A stretch of 64,000 nucleotides of DNA. Source: Octopus vulgaris. Its lineage: Eukaryota. Each line of letters begins with the position of its first letter. Position 1 is the stretch's first letter. The DNA is taken from the NCBI GenBank assembly GCA_951406725.2, contig OX597826.1:23746001-23810000 (forward strand). Direction: 5' to 3'. The position numbers were made by a program, and so were the translations under genes. Shown here in pieces: positions 31,133-43,895 of the stretch. Below the pieces are notes generated by a model. The model was not told the origin of the DNA. It searched no databases and worked only from the letters and a program-made list of their open reading frames with translations.

Positions 31133-31239
31133 ATTTCTTACTGATGAATCTGAGGGCCTGTGGAAGATTGGCTTGATTTAATTTAATCAGGTTAGTTTAC
31201 CATTAATCAGCAGATGAAACGGTATATCGTATAAGAAAT
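31133..31239 (+). ncRNA. Type I hammerhead ribozyme (array copy 4)
   Basis: Stem I AUUUCUUA/UAAGAAAU (8 bp), core CUGAUGA, stem II AUCUG/CAGAU with a long extension, GAAA, near-palindromic stem III ACGGUAUAUCGU, and GUA at 31229-31231. Confidence 0.92.
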
Positions 31240-31892
31240 TACAGGGTAAATGTTTTTTAAATTTTCTCCTGGTTTACAGAATTGACTTTTATTTGCGGTT
31301 GAAGCTTTGGCTGTTATTTCTAGTGGGTGAATGGCCTATTATGGCCGTTCCTTGATTGTTGATGTTAAACTTAAAAATGGTCTATGACTATTTAATTTTT
31401 TCCTACTAGGCCGCTGGTGGCAAAAGAATTCTACAAAATTTTTTTTGCCACCCTATATTGATTAAATATATATATATATATATATATGGCTAAACTGGCA
31501 AAATGACCATTCCTAAATACAACAATATATATATATATATTGGGCCTACAGTCATGAGGTTCTGAGTTCAATTCCTAGACTGGGCTGTGTTGTGTTGAGC
31601 CAGACACTTTATTTCACATTGCTCCAGTTCCCTCAGCTGTAGAAATGAGATGTGGCAGCATTAGTGTCAAGCTGTATCAAGGGCATATTCAAATGCATGG
31701 GCAACTATTGTTCATCCACAAACAAACTTGCCTGGACTTGTGCCTTGGAGGGAAACTTTGTAAGTGCAATCCCATGGTCATTTGTCACCAAATGTGGCCA
31801 TCACTCTTTATATATAGACACACACACACAAGTACAAAACAGAGTGGAAAAAGTAATACTTGAATACCAAAGGTAGAGTAATATGCTTTTTT

Positions 31893-32040
31893 TTAAAGCT
31901 GCAAAATTATCACAAAACTATTACTTGGAGTTTCACATTCCTGTTCATCAGACAATTGCGAAGTTTTCATCACAGCTGTCCAACAGACAGGAACATGAAA
32001 CTTTGAGTAACAGTTTCTGTGATAATTTTGCAGCTTCAAA
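31893..32040. repeat. Old inverted repeat of a minimal-hammerhead pLTR-like unit
   Basis: aagctgcaaaattatcacaaaactattac... pairs with ...gtaacagtttctgtgataattttgcagctt. Confidence 0.8.
31916..31957 (-). ncRNA. Minimal type I hammerhead ribozyme (42 nt)
   Basis: Minus strand: AAUUGU-CUGAUGA-ACA(GGAA)UGU-GAAA-CUCCAAG-UA-AUAGUU. The plus-strand partner at 31974-32015 has a destroyed core (CCAACAG). Confidence 0.8.
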
Positions 32041-32161
32041 AAAAAAAGGTTTATATATATATAACGGGAAGGTTTACGAAAATAAACAAAAGACAAAGAC
32101 AGGTGGAGTACAAACAAACAAATGTATTAGTATGGCGCTCAGGAATAGAAATAGAACAAGT

Positions 32162-32209
<48 letters not shown>

Positions 32210-33184
32210 TCACCATCATCATCGTTTAACATTCGTTTTCCAGGCTAGCATGGGTTGGACAGTTCGACCGAGATCTGGGAAACCAGGAAGCTGTACCAGG
32301 CTCCAGTCTGATCTGGCAGTGTTTCTACAGCTGGATGCTCTTCCTAATGCCAACCACTCCGTGAGTGTAGTAGGTGCTTTTTATGTGCCACCGGCACAGA
32401 AGCCAGTCAAGGCAGTGCTGGCATGGGTATCACAACAACAATTTATATATATATATGTATGTGTATATCTATCTATCTATCTATATATATATATATACAC
32501 ACACACACACATATATACAGAGAGAGGGGAGAGGGTATGTGTATGTAGGAGTGTGTATATGTATGTGAATATCAATATTTCACTTTTGTCACTGCTTGGC
32601 TGGAGCAGTACTGGTGTTGAAATTACTTGTCAACATTTTGACAGATTGCCCTTGACTTCCAAAGATTTGAGGAATGAAGAAATCCTTTACTTTTAAAAAC
32701 AGGTAGAAGTTGATGAGAGGAAGGGCATCCAGCTGTAAAATCCTGCTTCACATAACTATTTGCCAGACTCATGCTGGCACTGAAAACAGTTGATGTCTTT
32801 TAGTTTTTGTTTCAGTCATAGCACTGGGGCTACAATGGGCCACCATCTTGAAGGGTTTAGTTGAACAAATCAACCAGAAACTGAATTACGTGAATGTAAA
32901 CAGACCAACACTGGTTATCAAGCGGGTGGGAGTGGTGTGGGGGCAAACAAATGCAACGACACACATTTACATATATATATTTCTTTATTGCCTACAGGGG
33001 TCTAAACATAGAGGGGACAAACAAGGACAGACAAAGGGATTAAATTGATTACATTGACCCTAGGAAGAAAGGCAAAGGCGACCTCGGCAGAATTTGAACT
33101 CAGAACATAAAGGCAGATGAAATACCGTTAAGCATTTCGCCTGGCGTGCTAACGATTCTGCCAGCTCGCCACCCTCTATATATA

Positions 33185-33550
33185 GTTTCAATCATTAGAC
33201 TGGCCATGCTTGGGTACCACCTTGAATATTTTAGTTGAATGAATCAACCCCAGTACTTATTTTTTTAAGCCTGGTACTTATTGTATCGCTCTCTTTTGTC
33301 ACAGGGACACAAACACACCAACATTGGTTGTCAAGCGGTGATGGGAGTACAAATAAAGACACAATGACAAACGCACATAGACATCTATACGTATGACAGA
33401 CTTCTTTCAGTTTCTGTCTACCAAATCCACTCACAAGGCTTTGGTCAGACCAAGGCTACAGTAGAAGGCATTTGCCCAAGGCGCCATGCAGTGGGACTTA
33501 ACCCGGAACTGTGTGGTTGGGAAGCAAGGTTTGTACCACACAGCCATGCC
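33185..33550 (-). mobile_element. SINE family A
   Basis: Reverse complement of the family head and body. Confidence 0.75.
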
Positions 33551-35160
33551 TGTATCAAGTGCCTGTATCATGTGACTTTGTGGTTAGGGTGTTGTACTTG
33601 AACTGAGTGATGTGTTGTGTTCTTGAGGAAAATACATCATTTCCTGTTGCTCCAGTTCATTCATTTGGCAAAAATGTCTAACCCTGTGACAGACCAGTGT
33701 CGCATCCAGCGGGGAATATGTCACAGAAACTGAGAAACTAGCCTTATGAGCCTGTGTGACACAGGAAGGAGCTATCATTTGACATCCATTATCCATGCTG
33801 ACCAGAGCTAGCAAGCTGTGGAGCTGCACCAGACTCCAATCTGATTTGGCATGGTTTCTACAGCTGGATACCCTTCCTAATGCCTACCACTTTACGGTGT
33901 GTGCTTGGTGCTTTTATGTGGCACCGCACAGGCACTTTCATTGCATGGGTGCTTTCACATGGCACTGAACTGGTACTTTTACATGCTACTGAACAGGCGT
34001 TTTTATGTGGCACTGCCACAAGTACTTTGCACTACCAGAAGGATTGATCTGAGCACTTCTGCTGTGGGGTACAAGTGTTCTCGAGCACAGCAAGGTGCCA
34101 AATATCTCGGTCCTTTGTCATCTCACCTGAAAAGTTCAGTGACCTGAGGTCATTACTTCAGCACAGAAATATGTGTAGTGTTGATTCCCCACAGACTAAT
34201 AACAGGTAAGTTATGTTTTTTCAACTAATTTTATTGTATTTTATAGTAGGTTTTTTAACTGCTTATATTATTTTATTGGATATAACTTTTTGTGTGTATG
34301 CCATACAATAAGGTTATCCTGAAATAGGAGTTGCAGTTCTATTGGTAAAATCCCAAATTTGTAATAATATACATATATATATATATGTATACACACACAC
34401 ACTCACAAGTTCCCTCATAGATTCTGTCCACCAAATTTGCTCACAAAGCTTTGCTTGACCAAGACCTGTGGTAAAATCCACTTGCCACATAGTTGGACTG
34501 AAACCAAAACCACATGGTTGCAAAACAAGCTTCTGAACCACATTGCCACACTTGTATCTGTTAAACAAAGAAACAAATGGCACATCAGGTACTTTTGCTC
34601 TATATTCAACTCCTACAGGTCTTCCTGACTTTGCCCTTCACTGCTCTGGTATCAGTGATATACTGGTGAGGGGGTGTTAATCTTGACAGTTATGTTTCCC
34701 ATTTATAAAAAAATTTCTACAAAACACTGAAAGCTCACATCTCAATCAACTTGGATGGATTTTAGACCAATTGTGGTCCTTTATAATAAATATAGGTTAG
34801 AGAATGTAGTCTTGTGAGGTGAGAGAGAGAAAGAGAGAGAGAAGTCAAATTTATTGCAAATGTCAGGAATATCATGGTTTCATTTATACAATCATTATTC
34901 TCTTCTTTTTCTTCATTTCTTCTTTTTTTATATTTTTACCTCCCGAAATACCAACCAAACTACAGAGAAAAAGAAAAATGAGATTCTTAGATAGCAAACA
35001 AAAACATAAAATAAAACAGAAGCAATAACAAAACAAAATGTGATGTGAAACAGTTAAGAAACAGCAAAAATATATCAACATTATTTACTTCTCAAATTTT
35101 TTTTTTATATATATGTTGCTGATAAAATGTGTATTTTTAATAGTAATGTACACCAGAAAA

Positions 35161-35206
<46 letters not shown>

Positions 35207-35495
35207 GTTACATTTTTTTTCAAGCAGGAAAGGTTACCTTATGCATAGTATTATATATATTTTGCGTTGCTTCTTAGTGTTATTTTTCATATGTGTATAT
35301 GTGTACACTGCATATGTGTGTATCCGTGTTTATATGCTTACATCTTTGTGTGTGTGTATGTATGTATGTACGTATTTATTTATTTATGTATGTATGTATG
35401 TATGTATGTATATATATATGAGTATGTATGTATGTGTCTGTATATATTACATATATACACATATATATATATATATCAAGTGTGTGTGTGTATAT

Positions 35496-35529
<34 letters not shown>

Positions 35530-35909
35530 CATCAAGTGTGTATGTGTATGTACACACATACACACACACACACACACACACGCATATATATATATATATA
35601 TATATATCATCAAGTATGTGTACATACACAGGATTTTCAAAATATCAACTGTTGGTATTGATAAAGCAGCAGCAGCATTGATACTTGATGGTGTTGAAGA
35701 TATCTTGTATACTTGGTGTTAATAATGGTAATGACAGTAATACTAGAGGTAGCAGTTATGGTACTAGTGATACAGTAAGGATATTGCTACTGGTGTTGAT
35801 TGCAGTTCTTAATGACAAAGAACTCCCTCCTCTGCCACCTGCCATTGCTGCCACCGCAGTTCTCTTACATTGGTTTTGGTGATTGCAGGGTCATAAGAAG
35901 GAACTGATG

Positions 35910-36435
35910 CGATATGTGACGAGCTGTGGGTTAAGACGCTTGCTTTGCAATCATGTGGTTTTGAGTTCAGTTCTACTGCATGGCACCTTGGGCAAGCATC
36001 TTCTAAAGTTCCAGACTAGCCGTACCTTGCTGGTGAATTTCATAGGCAGAAACTGTGCTGAAGTCCAGCGTGTAATAAATATATATGTGTGTGTTTGTAT
36101 GCATGTATGTGTGTATGTATGCATGCCTCTCTCTCTCTATATATATATGTGTGTGTGTGTGAGTGTGTGTGTGTATGTATATATGTATGTCAACAAACAC
36201 ACGTGTCTTTGTCTTTGTCTCCTACCACCATCTCTGTTATTTGGTAACTGGTGTTGGTTTGTTTGCATCCCTGTAGTATAGTGGTTTGGCAATAAAAAAA
36301 GACTGATGGAATTAGCATCAAACATAAAAAAGAGAAAAGAAAAACATAAGTACTGGGTTTGATTTGTCCGGTTAAACCCTTCAAGGCAGTGCTCCAGTAT
36401 GGCCGCACCCCAATGACTGAAACAAGTAAAAGATA
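35910..36435 (+). mobile_element. SINE family A with internal (TG/TA)n
   Basis: Head ...gagttcagttctactgcatggcaccttgggcaag and tail aaggcagtgctccagtatggccgc. Confidence 0.75.
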
Positions 36436-37369
36436 AAGAAAGTATCCCCTGTTTCTATCTGATCTTATATTCTCGAAGACTTGGTGTACTTCGGTCCTTC
36501 ACCCCCAACCACCCCACTAAACAGACCTATGGCTTGGAGGGTTGGCTAATCAAATAATTAGAAACTGTCTGAGATAAGCCTAAGACCACAGGATATATCA
36601 TGCTTCTACAATGGCTAGCATGTTTATTTGCACTGAACATCATCGTACAATTACCGTTATTATTGTGTGGAAACAAAATATTGAACTGCCAAGCAAACAG
36701 GTCTTGGGTTCAAATCCACAGCATGTATTTCATTATGTGTCAGGGATTACATGCTTCATTTAGCTGTTGGTAATTATACATCAGACATTCTATGAACATT
36801 AGCTACAACTTAACTATTTTCTTCTGAAACTGGGTCTTTTTTCTCTTTTTGATATTCTTTTCCTGTCTTAAAGTTACTTGGCAACGTCACTAGTGCTGGT
36901 GGCATGAGAAATGCATCCAGTTCACACTGTAAAATAGTTGGTGTAAGGAAGGCAAAAACTGACATTGGAGCTTAACACAGGTCTGTGGCTCACTGGAGCC
37001 AGTTGTCTTGAGGTTTGATAACAAGTCTCCTCAAATCTTAAGTATTTTTCTTCAGATTCTTGCAGAGTATAGGACAGCATTTTGCTGCAGGTTGTCAACC
37101 TGTGTTTTAACAAGTTAACCACTGCAACCTGTTACTGGAATATAACGGTGTTGCTACATATTTCTGGTCACATTGCATACTGTCTAATTACAAGGAAACA
37201 TTATTTTTTTTTTGCATTTTTACAATACTTCATAATTAAACTTTAATATTTAGCAGTTATGTTACTAAAATATCCTTGAAACCATGTCAAATATGCAGAA
37301 TAAAATATTTTCTCAAATTGTGAAAATGTACCACTGGTGGTGCATGTGGCAGTTGAAAAAAGTTTGTGA

Positions 37370-37720
37370 TGAATCACTAGTGCTACATGTTGTGGTTAAT
37401 GTATTAATTTTAATATCCTTCAGGCTCTGTGATAGCAGTTTGGGTGCTGTGCCAAGTGCACCAATTACCACTAGAATAATTGTTCTTCCACAATCTCTTC
37501 ATCTCTCTGGTTCAGTTCTGATATTTCTCAGTTTCAATGATATCCACTCTTCTGTCTTAATGCAAAGTCTATGATCATGCACTGTTTGATTCTTCTGTCC
37601 TCCACAATCATATCCGTTCTTCTTGCTTCAGTAATATTAACAATCATTATGGAGAAAGCCTGTAAAATCCTATAATGATGACATTCACCATCATGGCCTC
37701 TGGTTCAGGTCAAATAACAT
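37370..37720 (-). pseudogene. Degraded RLE-endonuclease fragment of an R4/Dong/NeSL-like retrotransposon
   Basis: Minus-strand translation across frameshifts gives RTDMIVEDRRIKQCMIIDFA ... EKYQ ... REMKRLW ... IILVVIGALGTAPK. Confidence 0.7.
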
Positions 37721-37775
37721 TACAGCTGTGATCATTATGTCCTTATTTAGGGAATGTATGCTCTCTTAAGATCAG

Positions 37776-37855
37776 CATTTGAAAATCTTTTGGAAAAAGT
37801 CTGAGGCCCACAGAGAACTGTGGGCCTCAGACTTTTTCTAAAAGATTTTCAAATG
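37776..37855. repeat. 80-nt near-perfect hairpin
   Basis: catttgaaaatcttttggaaaaagtctgaggcccacag-agaa-ctgtgggcctcagactttttctaaaagattttcaaatg, with 38-bp arms and one G-T pair. Confidence 0.95.
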
Positions 37856-37999
37856 TAATGTATTTGCAGGTCGCTGAGCCATTGATGACTTACTTTTAGG
37901 TTGTCTTTTTGTGTCACAATTTGTTTCACTTTTGCTTACCTTAGCTTTATGAATGGTAAAAATATATGGTTACTCAGTGGGTAAAGTATCATTTATTGG

Positions 38000-38265
38000 T
38001 GTCTGTGTTGGTGACACGTAAAAAGCACCAACCGATCATGGCTGTTTGCCAGCCTCCTCTGGCCCCTGTGCCAGTGGCATGTAAAAAGCACCCACTACAC
38101 TCATCGAGTGGTTGGCGTTAGGAAGGGCACCCAGCTGTAGAAACACTGCCAGATCAGACTGGAGCCTAGCACAACCTCCTGGCTTCCCAGACCCCTGTAG
38201 AACTGTCCAACCCGTGCTAGCATGGAAAACTGATGTTAAACGATGATGATGATGGTGATGATGAC
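38000..38265 (+). mobile_element. SINE/LINE-tail family D
   Basis: ...gttggcgttaggaagggc...caacccgtgctagcatggaaaactgatgttaaacgatgatgatg. Confidence 0.75.
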
Positions 38266-39768
38266 CACCACCATTGATTTAATCTCCACTTTTCCTTCCT
38301 CACATGGATTGGAAGAAATTTGTTGAGACAGATTGTTGTATGGCCAGATGCCCTTTCTCATGCCAACCCTCGCCTATTTCCAAACAAGGTAATATTTCTC
38401 TCTGACTAGATATGTTTTCCTGAAAGATTGAAAATGAGAAACATTGTTTAATGGCAATGTTCATTTAAAACAATATCATCATGTCAAGGCTACAACAGCA
38501 ACACACACACTCACACACCCTATACAGGCTTCTTTCAGTTTCTGCCTACAAAATCTACTCACAGAGCTTTAGTCAGGCTAGGGCTGTAGTAAAAGGCACT
38601 TGCCCAAGGTTTTACACAGTGGGATTGAACCGAAAACACTGTGATTGAAAAGCAAATTTTTTACCTCGCATCCCTGGCTCTGACATAATATATGGGCCAT
38701 TAAAGAGAAGTTACTGATCTCTGACTTAAGAACTTAGAAGAATATAGTCCCTAACCCATCCCTACCCCCCGGGGCATGCACACACACTCGCACTCTTTAA
38801 TGCCAGCTGGAAGTTTGTTGAGAGGAAGAGAGAAGCAAACAGACATACAGACAGAAATATAATTGCTTCAATAAAACAAGACCTTAATAGCTTTGCAGAT
38901 TTGTTTGTGAGATCACACTTAAATCTTTAGCATTTAAACCAGTTATATTTGGCCCAAATTTCTACCAGTTTTATGTTCAGCCTGGCTAGATTTCGCCTCT
39001 CATACCCTACTTTACAATGTCATATTAAGAATAAATGTTCACCTGATCGAAATCTCAAAGCTATGAGATAATGTGTGATTAATTCAAAACTATGAATAAA
39101 TAAGCATTATATTTGACAGTAATTGTTTAATGTCCACCTTCTATGCTGGTATGGGTTAACGAGTTAAACATTGCCATTCTATGTTGACTAAACTCTAGGA
39201 ATATTTCTTCTAAGACATGTTGTTTTAAGAGGCAGGGATTTAAAATGTGTAGTGCTTATTTTAAGGAATGTTAAGGAGTTTCTTTCTTGGCAGGCAATTT
39301 TGAGATTGTCAGTAACATAGGATGGTTCTTAAGCTTTTGCAGAATTTCCAATTGCAGCCTCATTACATTTCATATCTAATTAATTTGATTACATTTCATG
39401 TTTTCTAAATCATTGACAAGGCTGGCCTTCTTCAGAGTATTGACTAAGAATAATGGAAGAGCTTCAAGGTGTTCTTGATGGTAATTAACACCAGGATTCT
39501 CATGAAGACAAGATTGAACTGGAGATTTGTAAACACATTCCACCGACCTGTCTCTGCTTCTGTTACTCAACTTAGAGTTGGACTTTTTAACTATTGCTAT
39601 CATGCTAAACACCAGGTTTTATGGGATGTTATGCTTTGGAGGCTTCTGTAGCTTGATAGAAGATGAAAACTAATTACCTACATTGAAGTTATTAGCAGAC
39701 ACACGCAACATGAGAATGAGAACCTACCAGAGCTAATGGGGAGCAGAAGATTACAGATCTGGCAGAGT

Positions 39769-39997
39769 TTAACCCTTTAGTGTTCGCATTATTCTGCCAA
39801 AATTAATCCTTTTTTATCCACATTGGTTTGAACTAATCAGGCATTATCTTGGAGCTATGAGATTTTGATGAGGTAGCTATTAATTTTTAAAACGATATTG
39901 TAGGGCTGGTGTGAGAGACCAGATCTGGCCAGTTTGAACATAAAACAGGCAGAATACTTTTGGCCGGATATGGCCGGTTTAAATGCTAAAGGGTTAA
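39769..39997. mobile_element. piggyBac-like MITE with TTAA target-site duplication
   Basis: TTAA-CCCTTTAG...CTAAAGGG-TTAA. A degenerate inverted relative lies at ~38919-39130. Confidence 0.85.
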
Positions 39998-42900
39998 ATG
40001 TGGCTCAGTTGCCACCTCTTGAAGAACTAGAATATCATCTTAAGTCTAAGCTGTATTGTTTAACCTTTTTGTAACTACATGACAAGGGACCAAGACTTCT
40101 GGTGATTTACTCTGCTTGAGAGGACACATCAAGCTAAATAAAATCATGGCTATCCAAAGGCATGTCCTTTATAGCCATGCCCCCCACACACACACACACA
40201 CCATAACTCTCTCTCTCAGCTGAGCGGTCTTTGTCTTGCAGGCCTATGGGTGCTGGTGCCACATAAAAAGCACCTGCTTCAGTGTCACATAAAAAGCACC
40301 TGTTGTGGTACCATCTGGGAAAGCCCCCTTGCCAGTTCCTCATAGGAAAGTACTGGTGCCAGTGCCACATAAAAAGCACTCATGTTGGTGCCACATATGA
40401 AGCACCCATGACAGTACCACATAAATAGCACCCAGTACACTTTGTAAAGTGGTTAGCATTAGGAAGGGCATCCAGCTGTAGAAACTATGCCATCAAGCTT
40501 GTCTGCTCCCGCCAAACTGTCCAACCCATACCAGCATGGAAAATGGATGTTAAATGATGATGATGATGATGGTGGAAGTGATTTCTAAGGTGCAGGTGTG
40601 GCTATGTGATTAAGAAGCTAGCTTTCCAGTCATGTTGTCTTGGGATTTATTTAGCTTCACTGTGCAACACTTTGAGCTAGTTTCTTCTCCTGCTATAGCC
40701 CCAGGCCAACCAAAGCTTTGTGGGTGGATCTGGTAAACCAAAACTGAAAGAAGCTCATTGTGTTGTGGTGGAGGGATGTGTGTGTGTACTTTTGCCTAGA
40801 CATGTGATAGTTGTACATGAGCATCTCTATCATACAAGCAGTGTAGTTTGTTTCCAGTCTTCCTTAAAAAACATGTCTGACCATGAGGAAATATTACCTT
40901 GCTTGGAAACAAATAAGGGCTGGCAACAGAAAGGGCATATAGCTTTAGGAAAGAAAAACCTTGCCTCAGCAGATTTTGTTTGACTCATGCAATCATGGAA
41001 AAGAGGACATTAAAACAATGATGAGGTGATGATGATTTCTAACTGAATACATTACCGAAATGTTTCAATTAAATTTGAAAACAATCAAGAACTTTAATGG
41101 ACTTTCTAAGATAACTTGTCTATTATTAAAATAGTGTTTGGAACATAACTTAACTGGATGTTTGCACATAAAATTACTATGCGAGATTTTAATTTAGATA
41201 AGAACTCTTCAAAACTTCCGAAAAATAAAAAAAAAAGAAGATAGAGAATCTTGGGTGGGCTACAATGAAAATGATTGATGTAGGAACTTGAAAATGTGTA
41301 ACATTTTGCTTTAAAAAAATGGAAGTTTAGGTGACCTGAGATTCATCTGCTACAGCGAACCTGTCTCAGAAGTTCAGAAGAATTCTTCCAACTTTAGTTT
41401 GGTTACATTTCCTGTTTGCCTATTCAGTACCTTTGCCTTATTTATTCACTTATTTATTTATCTATTCATTTATTTGTCATTTTTCTTCTTTTACTACATA
41501 TAAATTTCTCGCCTTAATTTAAGATTAACTTTTTCTCTCTTTCTCTCTCTCTCTTTCTCTCTCTCTCTTTCCCCTCTCCTTTCCTTTCATTTCCAGATTT
41601 TGGAAGTTTTGTTTTGCAATAACAGGTTTATTACATAATTCCCCTCCACACACACATTCTTCTTATTTTTTGAGGAAAAAGTAAGAGAAATTGCATGGCA
41701 GTGGAGGGTGGAGGGAGAGAAAAAACCATACAACAAAACTTACTGAGTTGTTTTGCTAATTGGCTCACATGCTAAATATATGTAAGTTCTACTATACATA
41801 CATGCATACATACACAAATATGCACCTGAGTGGTGTGTGTGTGCATGCATGTTGACGTAAACACACCTGTAGGTATACCTTCATACAGAAGTGTGTTTTG
41901 TGCATACATCATCATCATCATTTCCATGTGTGTGTCTGTATGTATATGTGTGTGTGTGTGTGTTTATATGCATGGGTAAAATATAATTCTCCATCTGAGT
42001 ATCTATTTACATCATGTTGTGTGAGTCTAAGTATGTGCGTATTTATGTGTGTGTGTGTCTTTACGTGTGTGTCTGTGTATATGTATGCATATATATCTGT
42101 GTATATGTGTGTGCATGTATGTATGTATGTATGTATGTATGTGTATATATATATATGTATGTATGTGTATATATATATATAGATAGATAGATAGATAGAT
42201 AGATAGACATGTACCTGTATGTGTGTATACGTGTGTACCTGTATGGGTGTGTGTGTATATGTATCTATATATTTGTGTGTATGTGTGCATGTGTATCTGT
42301 ATGTGTGTATATGTAGAATAGCCTTGCTTATACAAATACAACACATGTATACACACACACACTTATATACATAAATAAACATTCAGTGGTCCAGAAACAA
42401 GGCAGAAATTAAACATTTGCTTTAAAAGAAAAATTACTGCCAGTTTGTATCTGCAGTTTGCAAAGAAATATGAATGTGTGTATCCTCTGCACACTGTCTA
42501 TATATTCAAGTCTATATATGTAGTTTATGTTTGTGCATATTCTATACATTTAAGTGTATATAAAATGCGTGTGTGAGTATTCTTATGACTGTTGATGTGT
42601 GTGCCTTATCTATATAACCATGTATGTGTGTGTATGTGGGTATGTATATCTACATGTGTGTATATATATATGCATGTATGTATGCATGTATGTATGTATG
42701 ATATATGTATATCATACATACATGACATATATACATTGTATGATATATATGTTATATATATCATATTTTTATTTATGCGCCCTTTTCAAACCTAGCCAGG
42801 CTCATGGGCCCGGTTTCCCGGTTTCTGTGGCATATGTGTTTCTCCCCACCCCCAGCTGGACTGGGCGCCAGTCCATCGCAGCGTTACTCAAGAAACAGGA

Positions 42901-43045
42901 AGAAAGAAATTTGGGGCAAAAGAGTACAACAGGGGTCTCCACCCCACCCCCCTGCCAGAGCCTCGTGGAGCTTTAAGTGTTTTTGCTCAATAAACACACA
43001 CAACGCCCGGTCTGGGAATCGAAACCGCAAGTCCACTGCCCTAAC

Positions 43046-43112
<67 letters not shown>

Positions 43113-43841
43113 AATACATGCACATTTGTATGTGTTCATGAATATTCTTAAGGATGTGCATGTATGCATGTTTATATATGTTTCTAGACATGCACTACAT
43201 GTTTCCATGTGTGCACATGCATGTATACCCCCTGTAAGATAAGCAATATCTCACCGCAGTTATGTGACAATTGTTTGGAAGACTAGCTGTATGCTAGTAA
43301 GGTTGCAGTGTCCTTGAACAACAGTATTAGGAGTGATGACTATGATGATGATGATAATGATTTCAATGGCAATGGTGATGACAATCTCTTGACATTCTTC
43401 AGTGTCTACTTGGTATATTTGGGTGATGACTTTGGTTATGATGCTTGTGGCGGTGGGGGTGGACAGCTATATTTGGCACAGTTAGTCTCTCTCTCTCTTT
43501 TTCTCTCACTCTCTCATCTCCCATCTTATTCTCTCTCTTTTAATCATCCTTCTTCACTCATTCTCTCTCTCTATCACTTTCTCATTTACTCTCCTCTCTC
43601 CCTCTTTTTCTCCCATACATTTCTCCCCTTCTTTCATTCACTTCTCATCTCCCCTAGGCCCTCGTGCTCTACTCAGATACTTCATAAACGGTGTCAGTGA
43701 AGGTTCTTGTTTCATTCTCTCACCCCACCACCATCATTCCTCCAGCCAAATCTGATTGCGGAATTGACAATAAGAGACTGCAAGTACTGTTCTTTATTTA
43801 AAATGTAGAGCATCAGAGGCCCTTGCATTATATATATATTT

Positions 43842-43895
<54 letters not shown>

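Larger units (their letters stand above)
29636..31465. mobile_element. ~491-bp non-coding hammerhead-containing tandem repeat arranged as a ~1.8-kb palindrome in (TA)n (retrozyme / non-autonomous PLE-like)
   Basis: atcaacaatcaaggaacggcc recurs at 29636 and 30127. ~30614-31465 is the reverse complement array. Each unit has one hammerhead. Confidence 0.88.

Noticed and set aside
29822-31176. Repeated 66-67 aa ORFs (MESTAYIYLL...) in the 491-bp unit; likewise the 94-aa ORFs in the 720-bp unit
   Set aside because: They recur only because the DNA is repeated and have no recognisable domain.
35640-35900. Coding-looking stretch of moderate GC
   Set aside because: Stops in plausible frames, no recognisable motif and no clear splice sites.
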